Source of the DNA: an uncultured Candidatus Saccharibacteria bacterium
GTDB lineage: Bacteria > Patescibacteriota > Minisyncoccia > Phycocordibacterales > SBAW01
Reading direction: 5' to 3'
Assembly (NCBI GenBank): GCA_964615415.1
Contig: CAZTNI010000001.1
Location: 176,746-240,745 of the forward strand
DNA: 64,000 bases
The position numbers and the translations under genes were made by a program. Position 1 is the first letter of the stretch; every line of letters begins with the position of its first letter. The notes under the pieces are model-generated. The model was not told the DNA's origin. It searched no databases and saw only the letters and a program-made list of their open reading frames with translations. Shown piece after piece: positions 37,718 through 47,761 of this stretch.

Positions 37718-38335
37718 ATGGCATACGATACACTCGCTTCAAACGAGGCTCTTGAAAAGGTTGTGACAGGGTTACGTGAACGCAATGTGGAGCCAATTAT
37801 TGTGGCAAACAAGGAGGAAGCAATGCAGAAAATAAAGGAGCTCATTCCGGCAGGGGCGAGTGTTATGAATGGTGCCTCAACTACGCTCGAGCAGCTTGGC
37901 TTCATTGAATATTTAAAGTCAGGAGAACATGGGTGGAATAACCTCCATGGCGAAATTGTTACCGAGAAAGACCCGGTCCAGCAGCAACTTCTTCGCCGCC
38001 AAGCACTTATTTCTGATTTTTATTTAGGTAGTGTGCACGCGCTCGCGGAAACAGGAGAGTTTGTTATTGCGTCGAATACGGGGAGTCAGTTGCCACATGT
38101 GGTATTTAGTTCTCCCAACGTTATCTTTGTTGTAAGTACAAAAAAGATTGTGCCAACACTCGAGGATGCGCAAAAGCGTCTTGAGGAACATGTGGTGCCG
38201 CTTGAGGACGTTCGCTTGATGAAGGCATACAACGCGCATACGCGACTCTCGAAAGAAGTTATCTTTCATTTTGAAAGTCCGTTTACCGGCCGCAAACTCT
38301 ACATGATCCTCGTAGAAGAAGACCTCGGATTTTAA
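37718..38335 (+). CDS. LUD/YkgG-family protein
   Basis: GASTTL, DFYLGSVHA, KKIVP. Confidence 0.8.
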   Translation: MAYDTLASNEALEKVVTGLRERNVEPIIVANKEEAMQKIKELIPAGASVMNGASTTLEQLGFIEYLKSGEHGWNNLHGEIVTEKDPVQQQLLRRQALISDFYLGSVHALAETGEFVIASNTGSQLPHVVFSSPNVIFVVSTKKIVPTLEDAQKRLEEHVVPLEDVRLMKAYNAHTRLSKEVIFHFESPFTGRKLYMILVEEDLGF

Positions 38336-38489
38336 TTGGCGGGGACGATTGCCGGAACTTTGAACCAAAATACGGCCTAACATTCAGCTATCTCGATAAA
38401 ATCATACCGAAATTGCGAGCTATGCACAAAGAGCATCCGGAGTGGTTTGAGGTACCGAAACAAAAAACAATTCAAAAGAACGCGATAGA

Positions 38490-38897
38490 TTATTCGGTCA
38501 AATAATTCAACTTTTGACTTATAGATGAAGAATTCTTTTTTATCTCGTGTTCCCATATCCTAATCACTTTCCATCCTTGCTTCTTTAGAAGTCTATTTAC
38601 TTTCCGATCTCTCAATTTATTATTACTTATTTTTTCTCTCCAAAATATCCTGTTGGAAGCAGGAATCAGGTTACACTTAGAGCATCCGTGCCAAAAGCAA
38701 CCATCAGTAAATATAGCAATCTTTTGTTTTGTAAATACAAAATCAGGTTTACCTATAACTGAGGAGTGTCTTTTCCAACCTTTTATCTTATTTGCTCTAA
38801 ATAATTTTATTAATGCTTCTTCTGTACTCTTGTTGCCATGTCCTTTGATGGCAGACATATTACGTGATCTTTGCAGGGGTGTGTGAACATCGGACAT
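38490..38897 (-). CDS. vsr: very short patch repair endonuclease
   Basis: RSRNMSAIK, GKPDFVF, DGCFWHG, IRIWEH. Confidence 0.93.
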   Translation of the reverse strand: MSDVHTPLQRSRNMSAIKGHGNKSTEEALIKLFRANKIKGWKRHSSVIGKPDFVFTKQKIAIFTDGCFWHGCSKCNLIPASNRIFWREKISNNKLRDRKVNRLLKKQGWKVIRIWEHEIKKNSSSISQKLNYLTE

Positions 38898-38910
38898 TGT
38901 CTGTTAAAGA

Positions 38911-40074
38911 TTAGGCAACTATTTCTTTTGCTTTTTCAATAAAGTCCTCAACTGTAAGGATAGTGAGAGGATGATTTTTCGGATACTCGTCTTGGAGTTT
39001 GCGAGGCACTACCAGTGTCACTCCTGCCTCGTGCATCTCCGTGAGTTGGTTTGACGAAATGCCAGGCTGCAGCGTGAGAATGTGTTTATTTTTTACCCGT
39101 TTGCCCTCATTCAACACCTGTCGCCATCGGTCTTTGCACGTGGTCTTTACGCCCATCACAATCAGATTTTCAGTCGGATATGATGTATCCAAATACGCTT
39201 CTTTACTTGGAAAAACAATGTCTGGTTTTCCATCAACACGCGGCTGCATCTCGTGAGGCAGATTTGCTTCGGTGAGAATACTGTCTACGTGGTTCTCAAG
39301 CGAGTGACCCGCTCTTGATTTGCGGCGGTTCATAATGCTTGCTGCCGTGTGGAGGAAGTCATCAACATCTTTGAAAAGACGACCTATTTCTGACTGGCAA
39401 ATTTGTCGCTCAACCACTTGGAATAGTCGGTATTCGGTTAAATAGTATTCAAGAAGCTTGGTATCCGCAGGTTGTTTAGCCAGCTCACTGAAACAGTGAG
39501 CGAGCATATCACGTGTTGAGTTTGAAAAGACATCTGTGCGAGGAAAGGTCTCAAGTGACTTTGCGAACTCTTGAAACTGCTTCTCCAAACACGCATCGGT
39601 ATCCTCAACTTCTGCCGCACCGTTTTTGTAAATAGCCCAGTGCTCAAAGGGCTGTACGCCCAAAGAAGCCATTATTTCCTCAATGTCATCCTCTTGGTCA
39701 AAAACATACGCGTTGAAGTGTTTGGCACTCGTAGGAACAAGCATCAGCAGATCTCCAACGGTGTCAGGTATGAGGAATGGAAAATCGCGTCCGAAGCGGG
39801 TCAGTCGGTACTCTGAACGCGTGCCCTGACCGTACCAAGTGACAACGGAGTTCGTGGTTCTTCCATCGTGCCATTCAATGTCTACATCGTGCTTTGTATT
39901 TTGCCCTTTGGTAGGAGCATTTGGGGTGTAAATCTCCCACGCAGATTTTGGTAGATAAAACCCTGCCTGATGCGCTCCTGTCGCACCTGTGTCATTCGGC
40001 GAGATGAACTTCAATAGCGCGTTTCCGTGCTGTACTGCCTCACTGATTGCTTTTTCGATAAGTGGTGACGCCAT
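38911..40074 (-). CDS. EcoRII-like type II restriction endonuclease
   Basis: KFISPNDTGATGAHQAGFY (EcoRII-N like), NRRKSRAGHSLE, KPD, KTTCKDRWRQ. Confidence 0.88.
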   Translation of the reverse strand: MASPLIEKAISEAVQHGNALLKFISPNDTGATGAHQAGFYLPKSAWEIYTPNAPTKGQNTKHDVDIEWHDGRTTNSVVTWYGQGTRSEYRLTRFGRDFPFLIPDTVGDLLMLVPTSAKHFNAYVFDQEDDIEEIMASLGVQPFEHWAIYKNGAAEVEDTDACLEKQFQEFAKSLETFPRTDVFSNSTRDMLAHCFSELAKQPADTKLLEYYLTEYRLFQVVERQICQSEIGRLFKDVDDFLHTAASIMNRRKSRAGHSLENHVDSILTEANLPHEMQPRVDGKPDIVFPSKEAYLDTSYPTENLIVMGVKTTCKDRWRQVLNEGKRVKNKHILTLQPGISSNQLTEMHEAGVTLVVPRKLQDEYPKNHPLTILTVEDFIEKAKEIVA

Positions 40075-40080
40075 TGTAGT

Positions 40081-41244
40081 TTATTTTGCTTTGCGTTTTG
40101 CCTTCTTTGCGAGGAAAGTTTTGACCATCTGCGCTGCCGTTGCCTCAACTGCTGGCACGACAACCGCGTTGCCAAACTGCCTGTACGCCTGTGTATCAGA
40201 TACTACTACCTTGCACTCCTTCGGGAAACCCATTAGTTTGGCGCACTCCTGTGGTGTCAGACGGCGTGGAGATTTCCTGTCTTTCTGCTCAATAAGGATT
40301 TCAGAACCGTCCTTGTAGTAACGGGCGCTCAACGTTCTGGTGATGCCGTTAGGGTCAGCGATGCCGAAGCCAAAACCGTTTCCCTTTTCCCGATGACGCT
40401 GTGCGTAGTTCTGCAAATACTGCCACAGATGGTCAGTGAGGGTATATTTTGCATCAGGTTTCTTCTCCAAAATGTCTTTGAGTTTTGCTTTGAGTGGCGG
40501 TGGTTCTGGGAACATGAAGTCAGGGTTCTCTCCAAACACCGACTTCTTGAAAGCGATGATGAAAATGCGCTCGCGGTGCTGCGGAACCCAGTGTGCAGCA
40601 TCATATACCCGCGTGAACGTCACGTAGCCGAGGTCTTTCAGCGTGTTCATTATCACGGTCCACGTCTTGCCTCCATCGTGTGACTGTAGGTTTTTTACGT
40701 TCTCCAAGAAAAGTACCGATGGCTTTTTTGCCTGAATAATCGTGGCAAGGTAGAAGAAAAGATTACCTTGATTTTTATCCTTAAAACCGTGCTCCAAACC
40801 CAAACTCTTTTTCTTTGAAACCCCTGCGAGAGAGAAGGGCTGGCAAGGAAAACCAGCAGCCAACACATCGTGATTGGGAATGTCTGCGGGCTTTACCTTT
40901 CGGATGTCACCTGCGGGCATCTCACCAAACCACGCCTTATAGGTTTTCTGGGAATACTTGTCCCATTCTGAAGTATAAACACACTCACCGCCAAGTTTCT
41001 CAAGAGCTATCCTGAATCCGCCAATCCCGGCAAAGAGGTCGATAAACGTAAAAGTAGTTGGAACATTTGGTTTGGGGAAAAGACGTTCACTTGGGAAAAG
41101 CTCTCGTTGTTGTACCTCTTTAGAGAGCTTGTTAAGCACAGTTAGTACGAACTCTTGTTGAGTCATGTTCTGTTGCTGCCGTTCTTTTTCAATCCATTTT
41201 TCAGTAGCAGTCGGTATATTCCTTACTAAAAGTTGCTTGCTCAT
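40081..41244 (-). CDS. dcm: DNA cytosine-5 methyltransferase with N-terminal extension
   Basis: FAGIGG, GFPCQ, ENV, PQHRER, TLSARYYKDG, YRQFGN. Confidence 0.93.
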   Translation of the reverse strand: MSKQLLVRNIPTATEKWIEKERQQQNMTQQEFVLTVLNKLSKEVQQRELFPSERLFPKPNVPTTFTFIDLFAGIGGFRIALEKLGGECVYTSEWDKYSQKTYKAWFGEMPAGDIRKVKPADIPNHDVLAAGFPCQPFSLAGVSKKKSLGLEHGFKDKNQGNLFFYLATIIQAKKPSVLFLENVKNLQSHDGGKTWTVIMNTLKDLGYVTFTRVYDAAHWVPQHRERIFIIAFKKSVFGENPDFMFPEPPPLKAKLKDILEKKPDAKYTLTDHLWQYLQNYAQRHREKGNGFGFGIADPNGITRTLSARYYKDGSEILIEQKDRKSPRRLTPQECAKLMGFPKECKVVVSDTQAYRQFGNAVVVPAVEATAAQMVKTFLAKKAKRKAK

Positions 41245-41336
41245 GTCTCTGTGAATATATGATAGCAAATATACCCAGCTCTGGTATAACTAGTTTTCCA
41301 CAGAACATCAAACTTAGAGGTTCAAAGTTGCCAATC

Positions 41337-41426
41337 TGGCGGAGAGGGAGGGATTCGAACCCTCGGAACCCTTTCGGGCTCAACAACTTAGCAGGTTGCT
41401 CCATTCGGCCGCTCTGGCACCTCTCC
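41337..41426 (-). tRNA. tRNA-Ser(GCT)
   Basis: Cloverleaf with long variable arm, loop CTGCTAA, G73, encoded CCA. Confidence 0.95.
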
Positions 41427-41510
41427 AATGCAGTCATTTATAGCTTTTTTATGGCTTTTCCGCTACTTGTCTGTTCGGCGCAGCCCTAGATTTGTAGTAT
41501 GATCCAGGGT

Positions 41511-42095
41511 ATGGAAAATACACTCACGCAAAAAAAGCGCTTTCCGAGCCTGCTTATTATTTTGATTGTTCTTGCAGTGCTTGTCGTTGCGTACGGAGGA
41601 ATAAAGTATAACGGTCTTGTGAAGAGTAGCGAGTCTATTAGTGCACAGTGGGCACAGGTCGAGTCGCAATATCAGCGTCGCTTTGACCTCATTCCTAACC
41701 TGGTTAATTCAGTAAAAGGAATTATGACGCAGGAGCAGGAAATATTTACTGCGATTGCAGATGCGCGTTCTCGATACGCGGGTGCGACAACACCTGATGC
41801 ACAAGCGGCGGCTGCAGGCGAGGTGGAATCATCACTCGCACGGTTGCTTGTGGTCATGGAAAACTATCCGCAGCTGCGTTCTGTTGAGACAGTACAAAGC
41901 CTGATGGCAGAACTTGCAGGCACAGAAAACCGCATTGCGGTAGAGCGTATGCGCTACAACGAGTTAGTGCGCGACTACAACGTGAGTGTAAAGACGTTCC
42001 CTGGGTCGCTTATTGCAGGTGTGTTTGGATTTGATCCACGCACGCTGTTTGAAGCACAGACGGATGCAGACACTGCTCCGGAAGTAAACTTCTAG
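41511..42095 (+). CDS. lemA: LemA family protein
   Basis: QRRFDLIPNLV, ENYPQL, TENRIAVER.RYN. Confidence 0.93.
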   Translation: MENTLTQKKRFPSLLIILIVLAVLVVAYGGIKYNGLVKSSESISAQWAQVESQYQRRFDLIPNLVNSVKGIMTQEQEIFTAIADARSRYAGATTPDAQAAAAGEVESSLARLLVVMENYPQLRSVETVQSLMAELAGTENRIAVERMRYNELVRDYNVSVKTFPGSLIAGVFGFDPRTLFEAQTDADTAPEVNF

Positions 42096-42097
42096 CC

Positions 42098-42985
42098 ATG
42101 AGAAAAGTGCTCGGTGCAATAAGTGTGCTGTGTGCAGCGCTGATGTTGCCCGTAGCGGCTTTTGCCTACACATCACCGGGAGAGCCGACGGGGTATGTAA
42201 ATGACTTTGCAGGCGTTTTGCGTGCTGAAACTATCAGTACGCTGAATACCGAACTTAACTTGTTTGAAGCATCTACTTCGAATCAAATCGCTGTCGTGAC
42301 AGTAAGAAATCTCGGAGGCGATTATATTGAACACTATGCCGCGGAGTTATTTAAGGACTGGGGTATAGGAAAAGAAAAAGAAGATAATGGAGTCTTGTTG
42401 CTGTTGGCTATTGATGACCGGGAATTGCGCATCGAAGTTGGGTATGGATTGGAAGGCGCTCTGCCGGACTCTCTTGCACAGCGCATCATCAACAATGACA
42501 TAGTGCCGCTCCTTAAAGAGGAGGAGTATGATGCTGCGGTGCAAGTGGGGGTAGAAAAAATTGCAGTTGCGATACGAGGTGAGTATGTGAGTGGAGGTGT
42601 TGTGGGTATGGAAGGCAACTTTGACCTCATCATTACGTTCCTTATAGGAAGTCTACTTGTCTTGCCCTGGGGTGCGGCGATATTTGCTCGGAGTAAGTCA
42701 TGGTGGGCAGGAGGTGTTGTTGGAGTGCTTTTGGGAGTTGGGGCGGGATTCTTTTTTGGACTAGCGCTCTGGTTAGCTGCTATTGTGGCAGCCGCACTCG
42801 GACTATTCGGTTTAATTTTAGACTTTATAGTCTCAAACGCCTACAAACATGCATGGAGTATGGGAAGCGGTACGTCTATTCCGTGGTGGGCTGGAGGCGG
42901 CCACACAAGCGGCAGCTCTTCCGGAAGTTGGGGCGGATTCGGTGGCGGTTCGTCTGGCGGCGGCGGCGCGTCAGGAAGTTGGTAG
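42098..42985 (+). CDS. TPM domain protein
   Basis: YVNDFA, WGIG..DNGVL, IEVGYGLEG, Gly-rich tail. Confidence 0.9.
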   Translation: MRKVLGAISVLCAALMLPVAAFAYTSPGEPTGYVNDFAGVLRAETISTLNTELNLFEASTSNQIAVVTVRNLGGDYIEHYAAELFKDWGIGKEKEDNGVLLLLAIDDRELRIEVGYGLEGALPDSLAQRIINNDIVPLLKEEEYDAAVQVGVEKIAVAIRGEYVSGGVVGMEGNFDLIITFLIGSLLVLPWGAAIFARSKSWWAGGVVGVLLGVGAGFFFGLALWLAAIVAAALGLFGLILDFIVSNAYKHAWSMGSGTSIPWWAGGGHTSGSSSGSWGGFGGGSSGGGGASGSW

Positions 42986-43106
42986 ATTAATAGTGTTCTA
43001 AAACTTCGACCCTAAGGGTTCATAGATTCGTCTGTAGTTAAGAATTTCTTCCCCTTGTGTTATAGTCAGGCTTTGGAAGTACTCTTTGCTCAAACCGGAG
43101 GTTTAC

Positions 43107-43487
43107 ATGAGCACCGCGACATCTGCATACGCCCAATTTGTAGGGCAGATACCGCGCTTTAAACCGCGCGTGTTGTATCTCAAGCTTTCCGATTGGTTGA
43201 TGTATTGGGCACGTGACTGCTCGTACGTTGCTACGCCCACTACGCATCCACAGATCGAACTTCTTGTCTGCGATAAAGAAGTAGTCGGGGTAAAAATCCT
43301 CAGCTTCTCGCTGTTGCCGCGCAGCGTGCGCGATCGCCTACTTGAAGCAACTCGCCTCGACTTGGACGCAATTACTGGTATTGAAGAGCTGTGGAAATTG
43401 AATCTCAAAGAAATGTCGCCCGAACTCAGTGCCTCTGAGATGATCTTTTTCCAAGAACTGCGCAGAGTTGGTACGGCGTTTGTATAG
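43107..43487 (+). CDS. hypothetical protein
   Basis: GGAGG SD, terminator downstream. Confidence 0.6.
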   Translation: MSTATSAYAQFVGQIPRFKPRVLYLKLSDWLMYWARDCSYVATPTTHPQIELLVCDKEVVGVKILSFSLLPRSVRDRLLEATRLDLDAITGIEELWKLNLKEMSPELSASEMIFFQELRRVGTAFV

Positions 43488-43534
43488 TGCCTTCGCCCCG
43501 TGATTCGTCACGGGGCGTTTTGTATACTGTATCT

Positions 43535-43960
43535 ATGAACAGAGTTGCACATTTCGAAATTCATGCGGACGACCCGGATCGTGCGCAAAAATTTTATGAG
43601 TCAGTGTTTGGGTGGAAGTTTATTGCCATGGGCGAAGAATATGGTGGGTATCGTGTTGTGGTGACTGGTCCAGGTCCTGATGATATTGCTGCTGGTAAAG
43701 TACCCATGGAAAACATCGGTATTAATGGTGGTATGTTGCAGCGCAATGCGCCAAAACCAGCTGCGGGCATGTCGCCAATGTCGTTTGTGTGTTTGGTAAG
43801 TGTCGATAATATTGATACCTATATTGAGAAGGCTAGAGCTGCGGGTGGCGTAGAACATATGCCGAGAACAGATATACCAAAGGTGGGTATTGTTGCTTAC
43901 TATGCTGACACAGAAGGAAATCTATTTGGTATGATCCAGCCTGAGATGCCGACTGCGTAG
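43535..43960 (+). CDS. VOC/glyoxalase family protein
   Basis: VAHFEI, FYESVFGW, INGG, DTEGNLFG. Confidence 0.9.
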   Translation: MNRVAHFEIHADDPDRAQKFYESVFGWKFIAMGEEYGGYRVVVTGPGPDDIAAGKVPMENIGINGGMLQRNAPKPAAGMSPMSFVCLVSVDNIDTYIEKARAAGGVEHMPRTDIPKVGIVAYYADTEGNLFGMIQPEMPTA

Positions 43961-43973
43961 TCGGGGTCTCTCA

Positions 43974-44058
43974 GGAGAGATGGATGAGTGGTTTAAATCA
44001 ACAGTTTACTAAACTGTCGATCCGCAAGGATCCGTGGGTTCGAATCCCACTCTCTCCG
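43974..44058 (+). tRNA. tRNA-Ser with anticodon ACT
   Basis: Ser-type body (GGAGAG, long variable arm, G73); anticodon arm ACAGT-TTACTAA-ACTGT. Confidence 0.9.
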
Positions 44059-44104
44059 CATAAAGAAAGATATACGTGCCTCATCCGTCAGGTACTATAC
44101 AAAC

Positions 44105-44641
44105 ATGAAAAAAGTATTTATTGCGCTTGTTTTTCTGCTTATTCTTGGCGGGACTAGCCTTGCTTTTGCCTATACTCAAGGATGGGTAAAGATCCCTACT
44201 TCTTCACCCGTAGCAACTACAACTCCAGAGTCGTGGGAGTGTGATGGGGATGCGTATATCTGTCCTGATGGCTCGAGCGTTGGTCGCACTGGCCCGCGTT
44301 GCGAGTTTGCTGCGTGTCCTGCGCCTAATGCAACCTCAAGTATCCTTACCACCTATGTAGGCGGGACGGTTACTGGTCTTGCTGTCTCAGTAAATCCTAA
44401 AGAAGTAATCTCTGATAGCCGCTGTCCAGTCAATGTGCAATGCGTGTGGGCGGGTACAGTAGAAGTGCGTACGGTTATATCGACACAAGTGGCCCACGGT
44501 GAACATATTTTGAAGTTAGGCGAGCCGCAGACGTTCGGTGACTTTTTCGTGACCCTGGTAGCAGTAACTCCTGCGGCTGTAGCGGGCGAGGAAATTCCTG
44601 ATAGTTCGTACCGTTTTACCTTTGAAGTAAAGAAGAAATAG
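44105..44641 (+). CDS. exported Cys-rich protein
   Basis: Signal/TM, CPDGSSVGRTGPRCEFAACP, DSRCP..VQCVWAG. Confidence 0.75.
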   Translation: MKKVFIALVFLLILGGTSLAFAYTQGWVKIPTSSPVATTTPESWECDGDAYICPDGSSVGRTGPRCEFAACPAPNATSSILTTYVGGTVTGLAVSVNPKEVISDSRCPVNVQCVWAGTVEVRTVISTQVAHGEHILKLGEPQTFGDFFVTLVAVTPAAVAGEEIPDSSYRFTFEVKKK

Positions 44642-44676
44642 CTTTTCAAAAACTGCTGCTGTACCATAGGGTGCGC

Positions 44677-46254
44677 ATGACCCAGGCAGAAGCACTGACT
44701 ATTTTAAAAACAGGGGCGAATGTTTTTTTAACCGGAGAACCGGGGAGCGGTAAGTCGCACACGGTTAATCAGTATGTTGCGTGGCTGCGTGCGCATGGGC
44801 TGCAACCCGCAATCACTGCTTCAACGGGTATCGCAGCAACGCATGTTGGCGGGTACACCATACACTCCTGGAGCGGCATCGGTATAAAAAAGAAGCTTAC
44901 CAACTATGACCTCGACCAAATAACGCAGAATAAGCGTATCTACGAACAAGTTGGTCGAGCAAAAATTTTAATTATCGACGAAGTCTCGATGCTCTCTGCA
45001 CAGACGCTCGATATGGTCGAGGCGGTGTGTCGAGCAGTTCGTCGCAAGGATGAGCCATTTGGCGGGCTGCAAGTTATCTTGGTTGGAGATTTTTTCCAAC
45101 TGCCGCCCGTTGTGAAGCGAGAAGAGAATGATGAGCAAGATTCGTTATCGCTCGAACCAGTGTCGCCGCAGTTCGCATTCGAGTCTGCTGCGTGGAGAAA
45201 ACTCTCTCCGCTCGTGTGCTATTTGTCGGAACAGCATCGCCAGGAAGACGCAACGTTTTTGGAATTTCTGACTGCTATCCGGCGTGGAAGTGTCGTTGAG
45301 GGTCATAAAGATTTGTTGCGTAAGCGGTATAGTCCGCGACCGAAAGGTGACATTACTCAGCTGTATTCGCACAATGCGGACGTGGATGCGCTCAATGATC
45401 GCGAGCTTGCTAAATTGTCGGACGCTTCTCGGGTCTTTCATATGGTGAGCCATGGGTCAGAAAAGTTAGTTGATGCTCTTAAGCGCGGCTGCCTCTCGCC
45501 GGAATCTCTGGTGCTTAAAGTTGGCGCGCGCGTCATGTTTACGAAAAATGATGTGCAAACGCATCGGTACGCAAACGGCACGCTTGGGGTTGTGGCCGAT
45601 TTCGTAAAAGAAACCGGACTACCTGTTGTTAAAACGAAGTCGGGAAAGAGTTTGATGGTTGAACCAGTAGAGTGGAGTTTAATCGACAACGGCAAAATTC
45701 TTGCGCGGATTACACAGCTACCGCTCCGACTTGCGTGGGCGATGACGGTGCATAAAAGCCAAGGCATGTCGCTCGATGCAGCGCATATGGACCTCTCGCA
45801 AACATTTGAATATGGGCAAGGGTATGTCGCTCTTTCGCGTGTGCGCACGTTAGAGGGACTTTCCATTGCGGGGCTTAATGACCGCGCGCTTCAAGTACAT
45901 CCAACTATTTTAGAAAAAGATGAACTATTTCGGGAACAGTCAGACGCTGCAGGCGAGGCATTTTCAAAATTATCTCCTGCCGATATAGAAAAAATGCAGA
46001 ATAATTTTATCGATGCTATGGGCGGAAGTAGAGAAGCAAAAGAGGTTGCGGTAGTAGAAACAAAGTCTAAGTTGGAAACCATGCGCGAGACGCATCAAAA
46101 TGCCTACCGCAAATGGAGCAAGGACGAGGAGGGTGACCTGATCCGCCGTTTTGAAGGCGGAGAGAAGCAGTCTGCTATTGCTAAGGCACTTGGACGGAAA
46201 CCGGGCGCTATCCGCTCTCGGCTCATCAAGCTCGGTTTGATTGAAGAGGACTAA
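44677..46254 (+). CDS. Pif1-like SF1B helicase with C-terminal HTH
   Basis: GEPGSGKS, IIDEVSM, GDFFQLPPV, TVHKSQGMSL, YVALSR. Confidence 0.9.
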   Translation: MTQAEALTILKTGANVFLTGEPGSGKSHTVNQYVAWLRAHGLQPAITASTGIAATHVGGYTIHSWSGIGIKKKLTNYDLDQITQNKRIYEQVGRAKILIIDEVSMLSAQTLDMVEAVCRAVRRKDEPFGGLQVILVGDFFQLPPVVKREENDEQDSLSLEPVSPQFAFESAAWRKLSPLVCYLSEQHRQEDATFLEFLTAIRRGSVVEGHKDLLRKRYSPRPKGDITQLYSHNADVDALNDRELAKLSDASRVFHMVSHGSEKLVDALKRGCLSPESLVLKVGARVMFTKNDVQTHRYANGTLGVVADFVKETGLPVVKTKSGKSLMVEPVEWSLIDNGKILARITQLPLRLAWAMTVHKSQGMSLDAAHMDLSQTFEYGQGYVALSRVRTLEGLSIAGLNDRALQVHPTILEKDELFREQSDAAGEAFSKLSPADIEKMQNNFIDAMGGSREAKEVAVVETKSKLETMRETHQNAYRKWSKDEEGDLIRRFEGGEKQSAIAKALGRKPGAIRSRLIKLGLIEED

Positions 46255-46286
46255 TCTGTAAAGACAGAGGTATACTACTAGTACCT

Positions 46287-46622
46287 ATGCGGAAAAAAGC
46301 TCCTCAACAGCCAGACCACTCGTGGCATGCACACGCAGATCCTGCGCATAAGCATTTTTCAGAATTAGAAACGCAACACGAAGAGAAGCAAGCAAAATTT
46401 TCTCAAAAGTTTAACACTGAGAACCATCGTCCTGCGGCAGGGGTCAATACGTACAATATTGCAGAATCATTCACTCTTGGGGTATTGGCGTTTGTGGGTG
46501 TGGTAGCGGCAGGTTGGATGACATATCGCATGGTCCAGATGTTTCCTGCTGATGTGCATACGGCAGCAACATTTTTGTTTGGCGAATCAGAATCTAATTC
46601 GACGGTACAGGTAGAAATATAG
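46287..46622 (+). CDS. hypothetical single-TM protein
   Basis: TATACT promoter, one TM. Confidence 0.55.
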   Translation: MRKKAPQQPDHSWHAHADPAHKHFSELETQHEEKQAKFSQKFNTENHRPAAGVNTYNIAESFTLGVLAFVGVVAAGWMTYRMVQMFPADVHTAATFLFGESESNSTVQVEI

Positions 46623-46670
46623 TTTCTAGTAGGCCTTCCCGAAAAACTCATCTATATTCGGGACAATAGA

Positions 46671-47705
46671 GTGCGTATGAAAATTGCACAAATTGCTCCG
46701 ATGGTTGAGCGCGTGCCACCAAAAAAATACGGTGGTACCGAGCGCGTGGTGCATGCCCTGGTGGAAGAGCTGGTTCGTCGTGGACATGATGTAACACTTT
46801 TTGCGAGTGGGGACTCTCACACATCTGCAAAATTAATACCTGTGTTCCCTCGCAATTTACGCGAAGCCCGGGTGAAAGACTTGTATGGTGTAAATCATAT
46901 AACTCTATTAAACATAGGGTTAGCGTATGACATGCAAGACGACTTTGATGTTATGCATGACCACCTAGCGCCCATAAGTCTTCCTGCTGCAAATTTAACG
47001 ACAACCCCAACGGTTATGACCATGCATGGCGCATTTAATGCAGAAAATAGAAAATTGTTCCAAACATTACAGAAACCGCATATTGTTACTATTTCCGAAG
47101 CGCAGAGTTACGCCGTGCCAAACCTTAATCATATTGCTACGGTCCATAACGGTCTGGTTATGGATGACTACCCGTTTGTTGAGGGTGCATCAGATGATTA
47201 TCTGCTGTTCGTTGGACGCATTTCGATGGAGAAGGGAACCCATATTGCTATTGAAGCGGCACAGCAGCTCGATAAACGACTTATTATTGCCGCAAAGCTC
47301 GATAAGCAAGATCAGCCATACTTTAAAGAATATGTAGAACCCGCGTTGTCGGAACGTATTGTGTGGATTGGAGAGGTTGATGAGGCGGAGCGCAACAAAC
47401 TGATGAGTCGAGCGCTCTGTTTTTTGCATCCTGTTACATGGCGCGAGCCATTCGGGCTGACCCTTATTGAAGCTATGGCATCGGGCTGTCCGGTAATAGC
47501 GTTTAATAAGGGTTCGATTCCTGAAATCATTAAAAATGGCGAAACTGGGTACGTGGTTGAGGATGTGGAAGGCATGATAGAGGCGATTCAAAATATTTCT
47601 TCTATCAGTAGAGCAGAGTGCCGAGCTCATGCACTCACGAACTTTAGCGCAAAGCGCATGGCTGAGCGATACGAAGAGGTCTATAAGCAGGTGGTAGGGG
47701 TGTGA
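46671..47705 (+). CDS. glycosyltransferase family 4
   Basis: PPKKYGGTE, GRI..EKG, EPFGLTLIEAMASG. Confidence 0.92.
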   Translation: MRMKIAQIAPMVERVPPKKYGGTERVVHALVEELVRRGHDVTLFASGDSHTSAKLIPVFPRNLREARVKDLYGVNHITLLNIGLAYDMQDDFDVMHDHLAPISLPAANLTTTPTVMTMHGAFNAENRKLFQTLQKPHIVTISEAQSYAVPNLNHIATVHNGLVMDDYPFVEGASDDYLLFVGRISMEKGTHIAIEAAQQLDKRLIIAAKLDKQDQPYFKEYVEPALSERIVWIGEVDEAERNKLMSRALCFLHPVTWREPFGLTLIEAMASGCPVIAFNKGSIPEIIKNGETGYVVEDVEGMIEAIQNISSISRAECRAHALTNFSAKRMAERYEEVYKQVVGV

Positions 47706-47761
47706 TCTTCATAGAAACCCTTTGCACGTAAGGTTTTTTGAGTACAATCGTTATAGGTACT

